A stretch of 64,000 nucleotides of DNA from contig NC_045697.1 in the NCBI RefSeq assembly GCF_009834535.1, forward strand, positions 93,374,001-93,438,000, given 5' to 3'. This DNA comes from Camelus ferus. Lineage: Eukaryota. Numbering within the stretch: position 1 is the stretch's first letter; each line of letters begins with the position of its first letter. This document shows, piece by piece, positions 24,795 to 37,955 of the stretch. The notes beneath the pieces are model-generated. The model was not told where the DNA came from. It saw only the letters and a program-made list of their open reading frames with translations, and did not search any database. Both the position numbers and the translations under genes were made by a program.

Positions 24795-24832
24795 AAATAT
24801 ATCTTTTTCTGACTGCAGACTGTTTTGAAAAT

Positions 24833-25600
24833 CAATAGACTTTGTTTTCTGGAATACTTTTAGGTTAACAGCAAAGATAAGGGGAAAATACAGAGATTTT
24901 CCATATACTTACTGCCCCACACGTGAATAGCCTCCCTCATTAGCAACATCCCTGACTAGTATGATACACTTGTTATATTGGATGAACCAATGGTGACACA
25001 TCATTATCATCCAAAGTCCATAGTTTACATTAAGATTCATTCTTTGTTTTGTACATTCTGTGGATTTTGACAAAAGCTTAATGTCATATATCCACCATTA
25101 TAGTATTATACAGAATAGTTTCACAGCCAACAATTGATCTTTTTACTATTTCCGGAGTTTCTTTTCCAGAACATCATATAATTGTAATAATACAGTGTAT
25201 AGCCTTTTCAGATTGGCTTCTTTCACTTAGCAATAGGCAGTTATGATTCCTTTATATATTAACATGGCTTGATAGCTCATTTCTCTTTAGAGTAAATGAT
25301 ATTTATATTAATGGCTATATCACAATTTATTTATGCATTTACCAGTTGAAAGACATCTTGCTTGCTTTCAGAATTTCACAGTTGTGACCAAAGCTGCTAT
25401 AAATATTTGTGTTCATGTTATTTTGTGAAAGTAAATTTCAACTCTTCTGGGTAAATAACCAGAAGTGAAATTGCTGGGTCATAGGGTAGGAGTATGTTTA
25501 GTTTTGTAAGAAGCTGCCAAACTGTTTTCCAAAGTGGCTATACCATTTTGCATGCCCACTTAACAATGAATGAAATTTCCTGTTGTTCTACATTCTTATC
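24833..25600 (-). mobile_element. L1MC-type 3' end and ORF2 tail
   Basis: 'aatagactt...ttttaggttaacagcaaa...gatgaaccaatggtgacacatcattatcatccaaagtccatagtttacattaag' and 'gtaagaagctgccaaactgttttccaaagtggctataccattttgcat'. Confidence 0.9.
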
Positions 25601-27729
25601 ACAGATTTTTGAAAAATACACACACACACATATACACATTAAAGCAAAGCATTCTGTTGGTCTTTCACCAAAATAAAATAAGTAAGAAAATAGGTTAAAA
25701 ATAAATATGCCAATGTTTAAATTATTGTTTATTCATTATTTAATTTTATTTTAAAAATAGAACAGTTATAGATAGATAAGCTCTACTGAAAGTTTTAATA
25801 ATTCTCACACAGATAAAAAAAATGCATGTTTAATTAAAACATAGGTTAACTTTTCTTTTAAAAGTAATAATTATTATTACTTTCTCAATAAAATACAAAT
25901 TTAAAAGAATATATTTAAGATGCAATTTTCTTCAAGAATAGGAGTCTAATTAGTTACTTGGTCAGCTCATAACTACTTACTGAGCATCAGCTATGCTGTG
26001 TTTTTTAATCTTGAGTGATACAGATACGAACATTGCTCAGAAATCCCTTTCAGTGACCTAGTGCTTGAAATATATTTGCCACAGAAAAGTCTACTCTAGT
26101 TTGATGAATCAGAATGTTAACCTGATATTACTTTTTTACTTGCTTTATGTTAATATTTATATTCATTGTACTATGATGACGTGACAGTTTGACAATTATT
26201 GACCATAACAAAGTCTACTTTAGACTAAATGAATTATTTAAGTCTCTAAATGAAATTAAATACAAATTAGGTTACAGGCATTTGAAGACTTTTGAACTAG
26301 TCAAAGATCATCACAATGATCTCTGTTTCATTTTGTTTTCTACTTTCCAGAACCAATTTTTACAAGTCTATGCTTAATCTGATTGGTTAGACTGGAGGAA
26401 CAATCTCCTATAAGTGAGTGGACCAATGTCAGGTTAACTAGCCCTGAACCAACAGGGTGAAGTGACATGTCTATAAAGTGTGGATAAATTACATAAGGAT
26501 AAAAATATTGTATGTTAATTTTACCACATGCTGCATGTTACATGTTAAGACATATCTATTTGCTTTGTCAGTAACTATGCTGAGACTTTGTTCACACAGA
26601 CAAGGTTGGAAAATATATATACATATATATATATATATGTTTTTAGAGAGTGTGATTCACAATGTATTTCTCATTGTTAAGTTTGTACTCACTACTGTCT
26701 GGCAGCTTTTTGAAATAATTTAGTTTTTACCAGAAGGGCAAAATGAAGAGAATAAAATAATCAAATTAAAAATAAATGTAGAATAGACCCTGCATGAAAA
26801 TAGGTATTTTTGTCTCTGTTTTTCATTGATATATCCAAAGTGCTATAATTATATTTAGGACATTGTAGGTTCAACATGTATATTTTTAGAGAATTGATTT
26901 TAAAAGTACTTCCCCAGAACAAAAATATGTAAAGGTTAATAGTACCAAGAGAAGCAAAAAGGAATGATTTTTTTAATGGCTACACCTGGACGTATTCTAA
27001 TGTAATTTCATAATGTTGAGGAAAAAAGAATAAATCATAAGAATTTTCAAAGAAAATGAAAGATTATCTACTACAGAAAAGTGAGAAATACATTAGTGTT
27101 AGATTTTTTTGTATTTGAGGGAATAAAATTTCTGTCTAAACATCTATAAAATATTTGTGAAAACTTATCACATGGCAAGCTACAAAAATTCTAATACATG
27201 TAATAAAGTAGAACTATCACATTATCTAACTTGATTTAAAAATATATACCTACTATATACACTAACCATCATTTCTACTTCAGAAATGACTAGTAAATAA
27301 AAGTATATATGTTATCTTTATCTCATATACTTAGTAGTAGATTCTTAAGGAAAAAATAATTAAATATTTCATTTTAACTTAAACCAAATAAATCTATATT
27401 TATTTGCACTCTCTCGATAAATGCCAAGGCATTTCTTTCAATACAGGTGTGCTGAGCAGAATCCCATATCATCTTTCTTCCATCACTTAAAACCATGGTG
27501 TTTCATCATTGATTTGTAGTTTCAGCTTTCTTGGAGTACAATTAGATACTAAAGATGTAAAAAAATCTTAAGGCAAAAATCCTACTGTAGTTTTAATTTC
27601 TTCTCCTTTTTTCATATTCTAATATTCTCCTACATTCATTTTATCAAATTACTTTTATTCAATGTTTCCAAAGTTTTTCAACTCACTTTTAGCATAGAAA
27701 CAATAACTCTTTTCTTTTAATCCTTATGT

Positions 27730-27882
27730 TTATGTGACTGTTCATTTGTCTATTGGCTGGCTAAATTACAACCTTCCTAAGGGTAGATAAAATGACAGCT
27801 TAGTTCAGTACTGTAAATCCAGTGACTAGTATAAGATCTCTCATATTATTAAGTCAAAAAGTATTTGCTGAATAAATGAGTA
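27730..27882 (+). mobile_element. L2 3' end
   Basis: 'cttcctaagggtag...actgtaaatccagtgactagtata...aaaagtatttgctgaataaatgagt'. Confidence 0.6.
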
Positions 27883-27982
27883 AGTGTATATATGGCACAA
27901 ATACATTTAGATTGGAATAAACCTACTGAACTATTTCTTTAGAGGGGGGTAGTAAACAAGAATTTGGAGGGGATCATGAAGT

Positions 27983-28200
27983 CAAGTAATACAGGGGGCT
28001 AAGGGTGAGGGTCTACAGCCTCACTGATTATATTTGAATTCAGACTCTTCCACTTACTTTGTTATGTTTGGCAAATTACTGTAAAGTAAGGATAGTAATA
28101 GGAATTAACACATTGATGTATTTGCTAATGATACATCAGTGTGTTAGTTACTGTGCTAAATCTTATCTAATGCATAATAAGTACTTTAAAACGTTTGCTA
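27983..28200 (+). mobile_element. MIR SINE remnant
   Basis: 'tttgaattcagactcttccacttact...ttggcaaattac...ctgtaaagtaaggatagtaata'. Confidence 0.55.
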
Positions 28201-30179
28201 TTTCTTTAATATCAACTCTTCTTGTATAATTTTTATAAGTTGATTTTAATCAGTTTTTATTTATATGTTAATTTTATAATTTTAAAAGTAATTAGAAAAC
28301 TTGCTTCTGTGTCTAATTCATTTTCTTTTTTTGCCCCTTAAAAGTGGAAATCATGACTCAGTAACTTCATTCGACTTTTACTGCCATTTGCTTAGTAGTG
28401 AGTCCTGCCATATGACATGTAAAAGCTATCTGCTTCTTATTATTTCAGTTATATTTTTATCCACATCCTTAAAGCTGAATTTTCATCGTTTGTTTTCAGT
28501 CTGAAGAGTATTATGAGTATGGAGATAAGAGCTTGGAAACATCTTATTTGCTAAAAATAAAAATAGTGACTATAAATAAAAGATTTAAGAAGTTCTCTAG
28601 GATTGCATAGTTAAACTGAAGAACACTTTTTAGTTTTATTTATTATTTTCATAGATTTATATTTCATTTAAATGGTTTTCGAATGCCATGTGTTTGTCAA
28701 CCGTGACTTATTGTCTTCTTGGGTTTTTTTGTTTTTTTTTTTTATGAAGGCTCAATATACTTTCTAAATGTTGTGAGTTTCTGTACTCTGTAAAGAGTAA
28801 GGTAAAAAAATTGTCTCTTCTGTTTCTCAACTGAGACTAGTCTGAGGCATAGTCATTGTCATGTAGTGTTTTGTCAGCACTTTGCTTCTCTGAGGCAGTG
28901 GAAACAGCTAACTAGTATACTGAAGGTCTATTGATCTTTCTTCATGTGAACTGCTCAAGGAATATATAATGATATGTAGCAGTTAAGGTTAAATGTTCAG
29001 AGAGCCGCTCTACTACTCAACAGAGAGAAAAATGTTATCTCCAAATTCTTTAATTAGATTTAAAGAAAGATATTATTTATATTTTCTTTTTTATAATGTA
29101 TGATATGAAAAATTAGAGAAAATTGTTAGATGGCTTCAGAGTCCATGTTGTTTACATATAAGATGGCAATAGTATAATACTAACAGTGAATTTGACTAGA
29201 ATATAAAAAAATACATAATAGTAACAAATTGGGGAAATTAAGAAACTATATTTTATGAACACAGCCCCAGTTCAGATAGTAATTGGGAAACAAAGTAAGT
29301 AATATTTGCCATAATGGATATTTGCATAGGCAATATTTCAGTAAGAAAGAAGTTTGTATTTTAATAGACCAAGTTGGTAATTGTTCTCTATTTTTAGTTA
29401 TCAGTTTAATCTAGGTAGGACCTATTTATGGGTGATTTAAAAAAGAACATTATGGAATCATTTGTGAAAGTTCTTTTTAGAGAGTTGATGGCATATTTTT
29501 ATAACACACAGTCTTGTCTCTGTATTTCAGCTCACCAGGTATGACCCGTCTGGCAGGCTTTTGTCTTTGTCATATGTTTAGCTTAATGGAAATGGCTTGA
29601 AATATAATAATTTTTATGTAGGTGAATTGATTATTCATTTTTCACTTATTAATGCATTTAAAAACTACTACCTCATAAAATATAAGTTGTTTAATATAAT
29701 TGAAACATAAATAAAACCCAAAATATTTAAACTCAACATTTTATTCCCAGGTCAAGAAGTGCAAAATTTAGGATGCATTTTTTAATGGACTGAATATTTG
29801 AAAGCAGTATAGGTTAACTTATACAGAAAATAAATACTATTTTTAAATTATTTATATGTCTAAGCATAGCTTGTATTTCTGAAGAGTTTTAAGCACAAAA
29901 TTGATTTTTCCTGTTCTTATGTCTTTATTCAGCATAGTTGTAGATCAAAGGTGAATAGAACAATAGAATACATTTCTGATTATTCATTTCATTGTCTTCT
30001 CATAATTAGATGAAATATCTGTTGTCAGTTTATATTTGTAATCAATCTTCAGTAGATGTTATGTTATCCAAGGGGTTTATCAAGATTGACAGAGCTAAGT
30101 TATATAATGGAAACAACACACTATATACCATGTCCCAGACTCAGTAGCACACTGGCTATGCAATTTAAACTGTGGAACA

Positions 30180-30342
30180 TGTGTATCCAAAATAGTATCT
30201 ACCAATGTCATGTGGCTATTTACATTTAAGTATAAATTAATTAAAATAAATAAAATTAAAATTCAGTATTTTAATAGTAGTAGCCACCTTTTAAATGTTC
30301 AGCATCCACTGTAATGGCAGAAACTTCTACTAGACAGTGCTG
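30180..30342 (-). mobile_element. MER3/MER33-type hAT-Charlie MITE
   Basis: 'catgtggctatttacatttaa...aattaaaataaataaaattaaaattcagt...tagccac...gcagaaacttctactagacagtgctg'. Confidence 0.75.
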
Positions 30343-30397
30343 GTCTGGACCTTTACTGAAAATCAAATGGTGTGTCATGAAAAAACAATAATTACAT

Positions 30398-30459
30398 GTT
30401 TTTATCTAAGTTAAACTAGGAATAACCAGTTTTTATCTAAGTTAAATCAGATATAACCA
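30398..30459. repeat. 31-bp tandem duplication (2 copies, 27/31 identical)
   Basis: gtttttatctaagttaaactaggaataacca / gtttttatctaagttaaatcagatataacca. Confidence 0.9.
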
Positions 30460-32304
30460 AAGTTCCAAAGACCTTATACTGAAAAAGGCTTTGTCTACTA
30501 ATTAAATGATTTTTACTAATGTTATATTTTTAAAAGTGGCATTAATTGAAACATTTTTGATTATTTGATTTATAAAAACCTAATATAATTTAAAATAAAG
30601 TTATAATGTGCCTGAGAGCTCTAAACTGGAAGCTAATTTTGAATTTCAGAAGGAAGAAAAACAGCATTTGCACCATAATTTGTGATTTATAGTTACCTCC
30701 ACTGAAAGTAGAGAGTTACAATTGTCAACCATATAATTGCTGAGCTTCATTTGTCCTTATGGTAAACTAATGTTATAATATCAAAGGTTGAAGTAAACTA
30801 TATTGCATTTGCCTGATTTCCCTCTTTGTGTCTCAAGGAGCAGCTCCATAATTAATCAAACTTGGAGGAACAACCACCAAAGACTTAGATTTTTCTAGTG
30901 ATTTCTTTTATATAGGTCACGTCTCTTCCATAATTCCAAATTGAATATGATTTTCACCAATAAAGGATGTGGAAAGTCAAGGAAAGATGTATACGTGGTA
31001 TATTTGAGCCTTCATACTGAAAAATATATATTTAATAAACATGTAAAATATTGTGAGGTTAGGAAACATTTACCTTTACTAAATTTCAAGTAAATATTGT
31101 TAAAAATTGGACACATCACTGCTAATGAATCAGTTTAACTATTAATGTGTTGTGTAAAATGATTTCAAAAGTTCTGTTACACCAACAGTTGTCTCCATGT
31201 CAATTGATACATGTGCTATACTGGTGTGTTTTTTTTAAAGATTAAGTAGTACATGCACACAGGAAATTACAGAGCTAAATAAAGAAGTTCACTTCTTGAT
31301 TATATTAAATATACTTATTAATCTCTCATCGTATTTCTCAATACTAGTTGAAGTTTCAAAGGTAGGCTATTTTGAAGAATGAGGAAGTTAAATGTAACAC
31401 ATAAATCCTGCAAAATCTTATATAATCCTGAAGTAATTGGGAAAGGCACAGAATTTTTATTGTTTTTTGTGGGTTGCACTGACTTTTTAAATCCATTTAT
31501 TCAGTTTTTCCAAAGGGCAGCATTTCTCAATGTAAAAATACAGTTCAGAAGTAGGCAAGAGGAAATGACAAGTAACACCCATAACATAAACTAAACTTAA
31601 ATCATAGGGTATCTGGCAGGTGTGTATACTTTTAGTGTCCTAGAAAGCAAAGTGGAATGAAAAATTCTTTAATTGAATATATTTTACAAAGACAGAATAG
31701 ATGAATAGATTTTATATTTTCTGCTTGTTCCAGTATGATTTATTTGCTAAAATACATTGAAAAATGTTACATTCAATATATTACATTGAAAAAAATAATG
31801 AATAGAAGAAAAATGCTAGCGTGACAGAAGTGCTGAAGTTACTATAAGTCTCAAGTATTGCCTTATGAAACCCCAATTAACCTAGGTCACATAGGAGAGG
31901 TGAAGAAAAGGCATACTGATACTTTATTTTTGTCTTTTCTCTTGGCCTGGATCTTCTTTTTCTACTGCTCTCTCAGGAGAATCTGTCCCTTGCAACAGTC
32001 ACAATTGTATTCTTCTGTTTTTACTCAGTTATTGTTAGTGTTATGGTGATGGTGGTGTGTGTGTGTGTGTTGGTGTTTTCTCAGTATTAGGCAGGCACTG
32101 TGACCTGTGTCTTGGAGATGTGGCCTTCACAGATGTTTCACACTTCCTCTAAATGTAAAGATTATTTTAGCATGTACTTCTATTCCTTCACCGGTGATAA
32201 GAGCTATTTTGCTATTGTTGTTTTTCCTTGTCTCCCTCACCTAACTGCAGAGGGTTTACACTGATACCCTCAGGCTGGAAGCCAAGAATGTTGTTGTTCT
32301 TCCC

Positions 32305-33546
32305 TGTGATATTTATTGTTATGTGTCAACATGATCAAGCTACAGGGAGCCCAGATATTTGGTCAAACATTGTTCTGTTTGTGTCTACGAGGTATTTTTT
32401 TGAATGAGATTAACTATTGAATTTATAGAATAAGTAAAGCAGGTTGTTCTTAATGTCTATGGCCCTTTCCCAATCAATAGAAGGTCTAAATTGAACAAAA
32501 AGTCTGACCCTCTTGTAAATAAGAGTGAAGTCCTCTTTCCTGAGTATTTGAACTAGGACATCAATCTCTTCCTGCTTTTGGACTCAAGTTAAAACATTTG
32601 GCTTTCTTAGTCTCCAGCCTCCTGGCTTCTAGACTGCAATGTACACCATCAGCTGTCCTGATTCTCAGGCCTTCAGCTTAGTCTGGAAAATATCATCAGC
32701 CCTCCTGGCTCTCTAGCTTGCCAACTTCAGACTTTGGGAACTCTCAGCCTCCACGATTTGTTGTTTTTTTTTTTTTTTAATTGATGTATAGTTGATTTGC
32801 AATGTTTCAGGTGTACAGCAAAGTGATTCATATATATATATATATACACATATATATGTATATACACACACACATACATAGACACGTATATATATTCTTT
32901 TTCAAATTCTTTTCCATTATAGGTTATTACATGATAATGAATATAGTTCCCTGTGCTATACACTAAGTACTTGTTGCTTATCTGTTTTATATATAGTAGT
33001 TTGTATCTGCTAATCCCAAATTCTCAATTTATCCCTCTCCCCTCTTTTCCCCTTTGGTTTTTCTTCTATGTCTGTGAGTCTATTTCTGTTTTGTAAATAA
33101 GTTAATTTGTATTGTTTTTCTTATATTCCACATGTAAGTGATATCATATGATGTTTGCAATGTTTATCTTTCTCTATATGACTTATTTCACTTAGTGCGA
33201 TAACCTCTAGGTCCAGTCATGTTACTGCAAATTACATTACTTCATTTTTTATGGCTGTTGATGGATATTTTGGTTATTTTGGTTATTTCTATGTCCTGAC
33301 TCATAAATAATGCTGTCATGAACACTGGGGTGCATATATATTTTCAAATTAGAGTTTTCATCTTTTCTGTATATATGCTGAGGAGTGGGAATGCTAGATC
33401 ATTTTTTGGTCTTTTAAGGAATCTCCATACTGTTTTCCATAGTTCAGCCTCCATAACTGCATGAGTAAATTCCTCATAATAAATCTCTTTCTATATGCAT
33501 ATATATGAGGCTGCTTCTGTTTCTCTGGAGAACTGTGTCTGATACA
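32305..33546 (+). mobile_element. MLT2 (ERVL) solo LTR split by an L1 insertion
   Basis: 5' 'tgtgatatttattgttatgtgtcaac...cccagatatttggtcaaacatt'; 3' 'tctgtttctctggagaactgtgtctgataca'; LTR parts 32305-32756 and 33444-33546. Confidence 0.9.
32757..33443 (-). mobile_element. 5'-truncated L1 (cetartiodactyl-type 3' end) nested in MLT2
   Basis: T-tract then 'aattgatgtatagttgatttgcaatgtttcaggtgtacagcaaagtgattca'; TSD TCAGCCTCCACGA (32744-32756) / TCAGCCTCCATAA (33444-33456). Confidence 0.95.
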
Positions 33547-33879
33547 GTGGATTGAGGCTTTTGTTCCATATGAGAGATACGTAAGATATATCCGGGTGGA
33601 GTTTCTGTAGTAGTGCTGCTGTTCTTTCCCATTCAGGCCAGGGAGGTGGCTTCTCAGAATTTCCCCCTAATAGTCCCTTAAGTTTCTAGTGAAGTTTTTG
33701 GAAGAACAGTCTGTAAGAACTTGTGAGACCTCAGTGTCAGCAGTTCCTAGTGACACCCCAATGCTGATCTACTACTGGCCATTAGTAATTCATTTTAAAT
33801 CCTAATTTCGTCTTCTAATTGGGGTATGGCATTTGGTAGTGTCTGTTTCAGTTAAGCAATTGTTTAGGTCCTGTATCTA

Positions 33880-34830
33880 AACCTGAATATTCCGTAGACA
33901 CTTCAAATGTAATGTGCCCATAATGAAATCATTTTATTTCTCTTTATCTCCACAAAACTTTTCTTTGACTGCTCATCCCTATCTATATAAATGGCATCAC
34001 TCTGCACCCAGAGGTCCAAGGTAAAAATATTGTACTGATGGTTGATACCTCTCTTTCCCATAATCTATTATCCAGACTCACTGAAAAACGTATGTATTCT
34101 TCCTGTACTACATTAGGGAATATACTTCTAATCCACTTTCCTTCTTTCTCTATTTTACTCCCTTAGTTCCTGTTGTCATCATCTCTCTCCTCCAAAATCC
34201 TCCTTACTTTTATCTTCATCTGTTAAAATATATTCCTCTGTTCAAAACATAAATCTTGCCATTCCATGCTCAAAACCTTTCAGTGACTTTGCCTTACACT
34301 TAGAATAAAATTTAAACTCCTAATCAAGTACAACTAGGTCCTAAACCATTTCCCACATCTGATCACTTCTCAGGCCATTCTGTTCCTCATACTATACGTC
34401 ATAAACTCAAGCCTCAAGGTCCATCTGGTCCTTCTTCTCTTCCCTGAAATATTTCATTATTACTTCTCCTATGGACATTTGCACTTAAGTTTTGTCTTCA
34501 TGTATTTATATGACCATTTCCCCCCTTATCTTTGGGATCTCAACTTAGATATTTCCTTCAAAACCTCTCCAGATGACCCTGTCTAGGGTTCTGCTTCTAT
34601 CACAGTCACCCTTTATCTATCACATCAGTTTTATTGTCTTGACAACATGTAATCCACTTAAAAACCAATTTATATTTTTTGTTTGCTGTGGGTTGTTGTT
34701 TTCTACCTCTGAAATACAGGCTTTATGAAAGAAGAAGTTATTCTATTACTTTTGAACTACACTAGCCAATCAATAAATAAACTAAAGGCATATTTTCAAT
34801 GTGCTGGAAACTAGGCATTTCTGAATAAGT
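33880..34830 (+). mobile_element. L2 LINE 3' portion
   Basis: 'agacacttcaaatgtaatgtgccc', 'aatggcatcactctgcacccag', 'gctcaaaacctttcagtgactt...cacttagaataaaatttaaactcct'. Confidence 0.85.
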
Positions 34831-37529
34831 AATTAAAATATAAAATAAGTTGTAATATGAGACTCTTCTAGATGCCCTAATATTGGCTACTATGACTCCA
34901 AGCTAAAATTTAACTGCTTCTAAGGGCCACATTTTCTAAAGGGAATTGAAAATAATTGGTTAGCAGATCCCCAACCACCAGTTCAACTCCTCCACTTACT
35001 TACACCCAAATAAAAAGCAGAAAAAAAGAAAAGTAGAAAAAAAATGTGAGGAAAATACACAAGTGAAGTGAAGAGGCTCAAAGAAAATATTTATAGAGAC
35101 TTGGGTGCCTGAACAAAGGAGAACGTGATGTCAGACACTTAGATTTGAAGGCTGTTCATGTAGAGGATCAGCTAAATTGAGGTTAATGCCTGATTGAGCG
35201 CAGAGAGAGCTGAGGAGAAAGATTAGGGAAACTAGATGTTTCAGAAGTGGAGAAAAGTGCATTCTCACCATTTGATTTTGTTTGACAAGGATGAGTATAT
35301 TTCTAGGAATGCCATGGAATTCAGTGGCGTTTGAACTGTCTTAGATGTTGCTCATCAAAAAAAAAAAAAAAAGAGAGAGATAAAAAATGACTTCCCAGGC
35401 AAAACTGTGCAATGTACTTCTGCAATTGGAGCTAAGAAAGGAAAGGAAGGGCAAAAATACATTGAATCTAAACAGATAACACTTCTTAAAACTGTTGAGC
35501 AAGGATATCCCCTCCACAGTTCTCTGAGAAATTTGTACTTGTGTATTCAAAGTCATCTGGCCATTGGGCATTTTCTACACAACAGGTACCTGACAGAGGC
35601 CAGCCAACCTTGCCTAGATACTCAGAGACTTCCTCAAGGAGTATATTTGTTTACTAAGGGATGCTTGTTTCCTTCTTCCCTCCTTTGGCTCCCAACACAC
35701 TGGAGATCAGAAAATCCAATGAAGGAAGGAGAGATATCCACATTTCATTTCTCCTCAAAATTGCTTGACGGGAACAGCACTGATAGTAGTAAAGGAGGGA
35801 GAGCTTTTAATTAAAAATGGGATTAAAGTTTTAATTTTTTTTTAAATGCTTGACAGTGGCTTGAAATCATGGAATCTGCCGTGCAAGATGATGTGAAAAG
35901 CAGAGAAAGGATCTTTGAAAGATGTTTTAAACCAGTGATTGAGAAATAAGTTACCCAATTCATACATATAGCACTCCAAATCAAACTGTTTAATAAACTG
36001 ATTATATGTGCTTGGTATGAAACAAAAATATATATTATACCTAGTTGATGGACTGTATCTATCTCATTATTATTATTTGACTCTGATTCTGCACATTTCT
36101 TCAACCTAAAACTGTGGTGATTCCTACCTGCAAATGCAGCCATTGTTTTAACTTCAGGACCAACTCTGATTTTAAGCAGAGTTTAAAAAAAAATGTAACC
36201 AAATAATTATTACTAGGTCATCTTTGTGTGTGAGAACTAAGAATCATCACCTTATGGGTCTGAGTCTGTAAGTTTTTATTATATTATTTTCTCCATATTT
36301 CATTAGGCCATCAGAATCTTTTTTTTCACATGGAAACCCTGCCCTGTTTTCTCCATCTAGTGAATTCCTTACAGTTATGATTCTCTTAGGAAGAAATGTT
36401 TGCCTTAATTAAACTCAAATCAAATATCCTCTCCTCTTGCTGTTTATTAGTCAGTCAATGTGTAGGATAAATACATTCTATTTCTTTACTTGGCTCTGAG
36501 GATCTGGTTTTTTTTATCCCATACCTCTCCCAAGCCTACTTTGCATTGCTGTGTAGGTGGTACACTGTACAAAGGAGCTTCTGCTAAGGTTTTTCATCTA
36601 TTTGCATAATAAATATCTTAATTATTTTGAAATTGTTTTACTTACATAATCTAGCTGATTCTAAATATAAGTGATTTACATAGCTATTATAATAAATTTT
36701 CAGCAAATATTAGTGCCATTGTAACCAAAACCAACATTTTATAATGTTTTTCTCTCAGATGGAAGTCAAGTATATTATCCTAGTTTAGTCAGTGTATTAC
36801 TCTGCAGCTTTGACTTGCAATGGAAGAACACATTTACAAATCAAGAACACTAATTCATCTAATAGCATGCTAAATAAAAACCTGCTTTCTGAACTGATAC
36901 ATTGACAGGGAAACATTTAAAAATTCTTTAAAATTCTGTTTATTAGTCTTCCATTTGAGTTAGATATTTATAAGGCATTTCTTGTCATCTACTGTGTTTA
37001 AAGTCTCAGCAGAATATGGCTGAAATTTTGATTTAAATCTACAACTACTTTTACTGTGATATGAATCACAAAGTAGTAATTAATATTTATTCTCCATTAA
37101 AAGACAAAAGTGATTATTATAAAAACTTAATCAGAGATCACTGTGCAATGAACCACTGACCACAACAACTATCCATTTGCTGCTACGGAAACTGTGACAG
37201 TACAAAATGTAACTGCTGTTAAAATTTAGTACAAGGTTTTATACTATTTTTATGTTATGAAGTCTAAATATTAAGGGGTTTATTATTTCTCCTCAGAAGT
37301 TATAAAGAATTTTAAAATTGAATGATAAGGACAAAAAAAGAAGCAAAGGACATCAGAAAATAAAATTAAGTAATTTGTATCACTGAATACCTATGTTTTA
37401 GGAAAAAAAAATGGATGGATAGAGTAGAAGGGAAGAGAAAACCCTATAACTAAGATTTATACCAATTTCTTACAGATGATTTTTAGTTCTGGGTCAGCCA
37501 CACTTAATGAATTCCCAGAAAAACTGGAT

Positions 37530-37955
37530 TTTTTAAAAATACTAAAATTCACTTGGAATGTCAAGACAGCTTGAAAATTCCCTTCTAAGACAACTCACTC
37601 ACAGGACTGGTGTTGATGCTTGGGGCCTGAACTTAGCCGGTGGCTTCACCTGAATCATTTATACAGATGGCTTGTGCTTCTCACACCTTGGTGGCTTGGT
37701 TTTGAGAGAGAACATCTCATAGCAAACATTCCAAGAAAGAACAGCAGGTGGTCAAGTTCTAATAAGGGGTAGATTCATAACTGGAACTCAAGGAAAGTGA
37801 TGCTTTCTTCAGCATCACTTTGACTAAAACAGTCAAAAAGCCATTCACCATCAACACAAGAGGCAAGACAAGTTACTTCATGATGGAGAGATATAAATTT
37901 TCTTTCCTTGAGGGTAGTAACCAAAAATGTGTGGTCATCTTTGTTCCTACTCACC
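37530..37955 (-). mobile_element. MLT1 (G/H-like) MaLR LTR
   Basis: 'ggcttgtgcttctcacaccttggtggcttggttttgagagag...cattccaagaaagaacag' and 'atgtgtggtcatcttt'. Confidence 0.65.

Noticed and set aside
35407..35814. Longest ORF in the track (135 aa)
   Set aside because: GTG start, no recognisable domain and no convincing splice context; a length compatible with chance.
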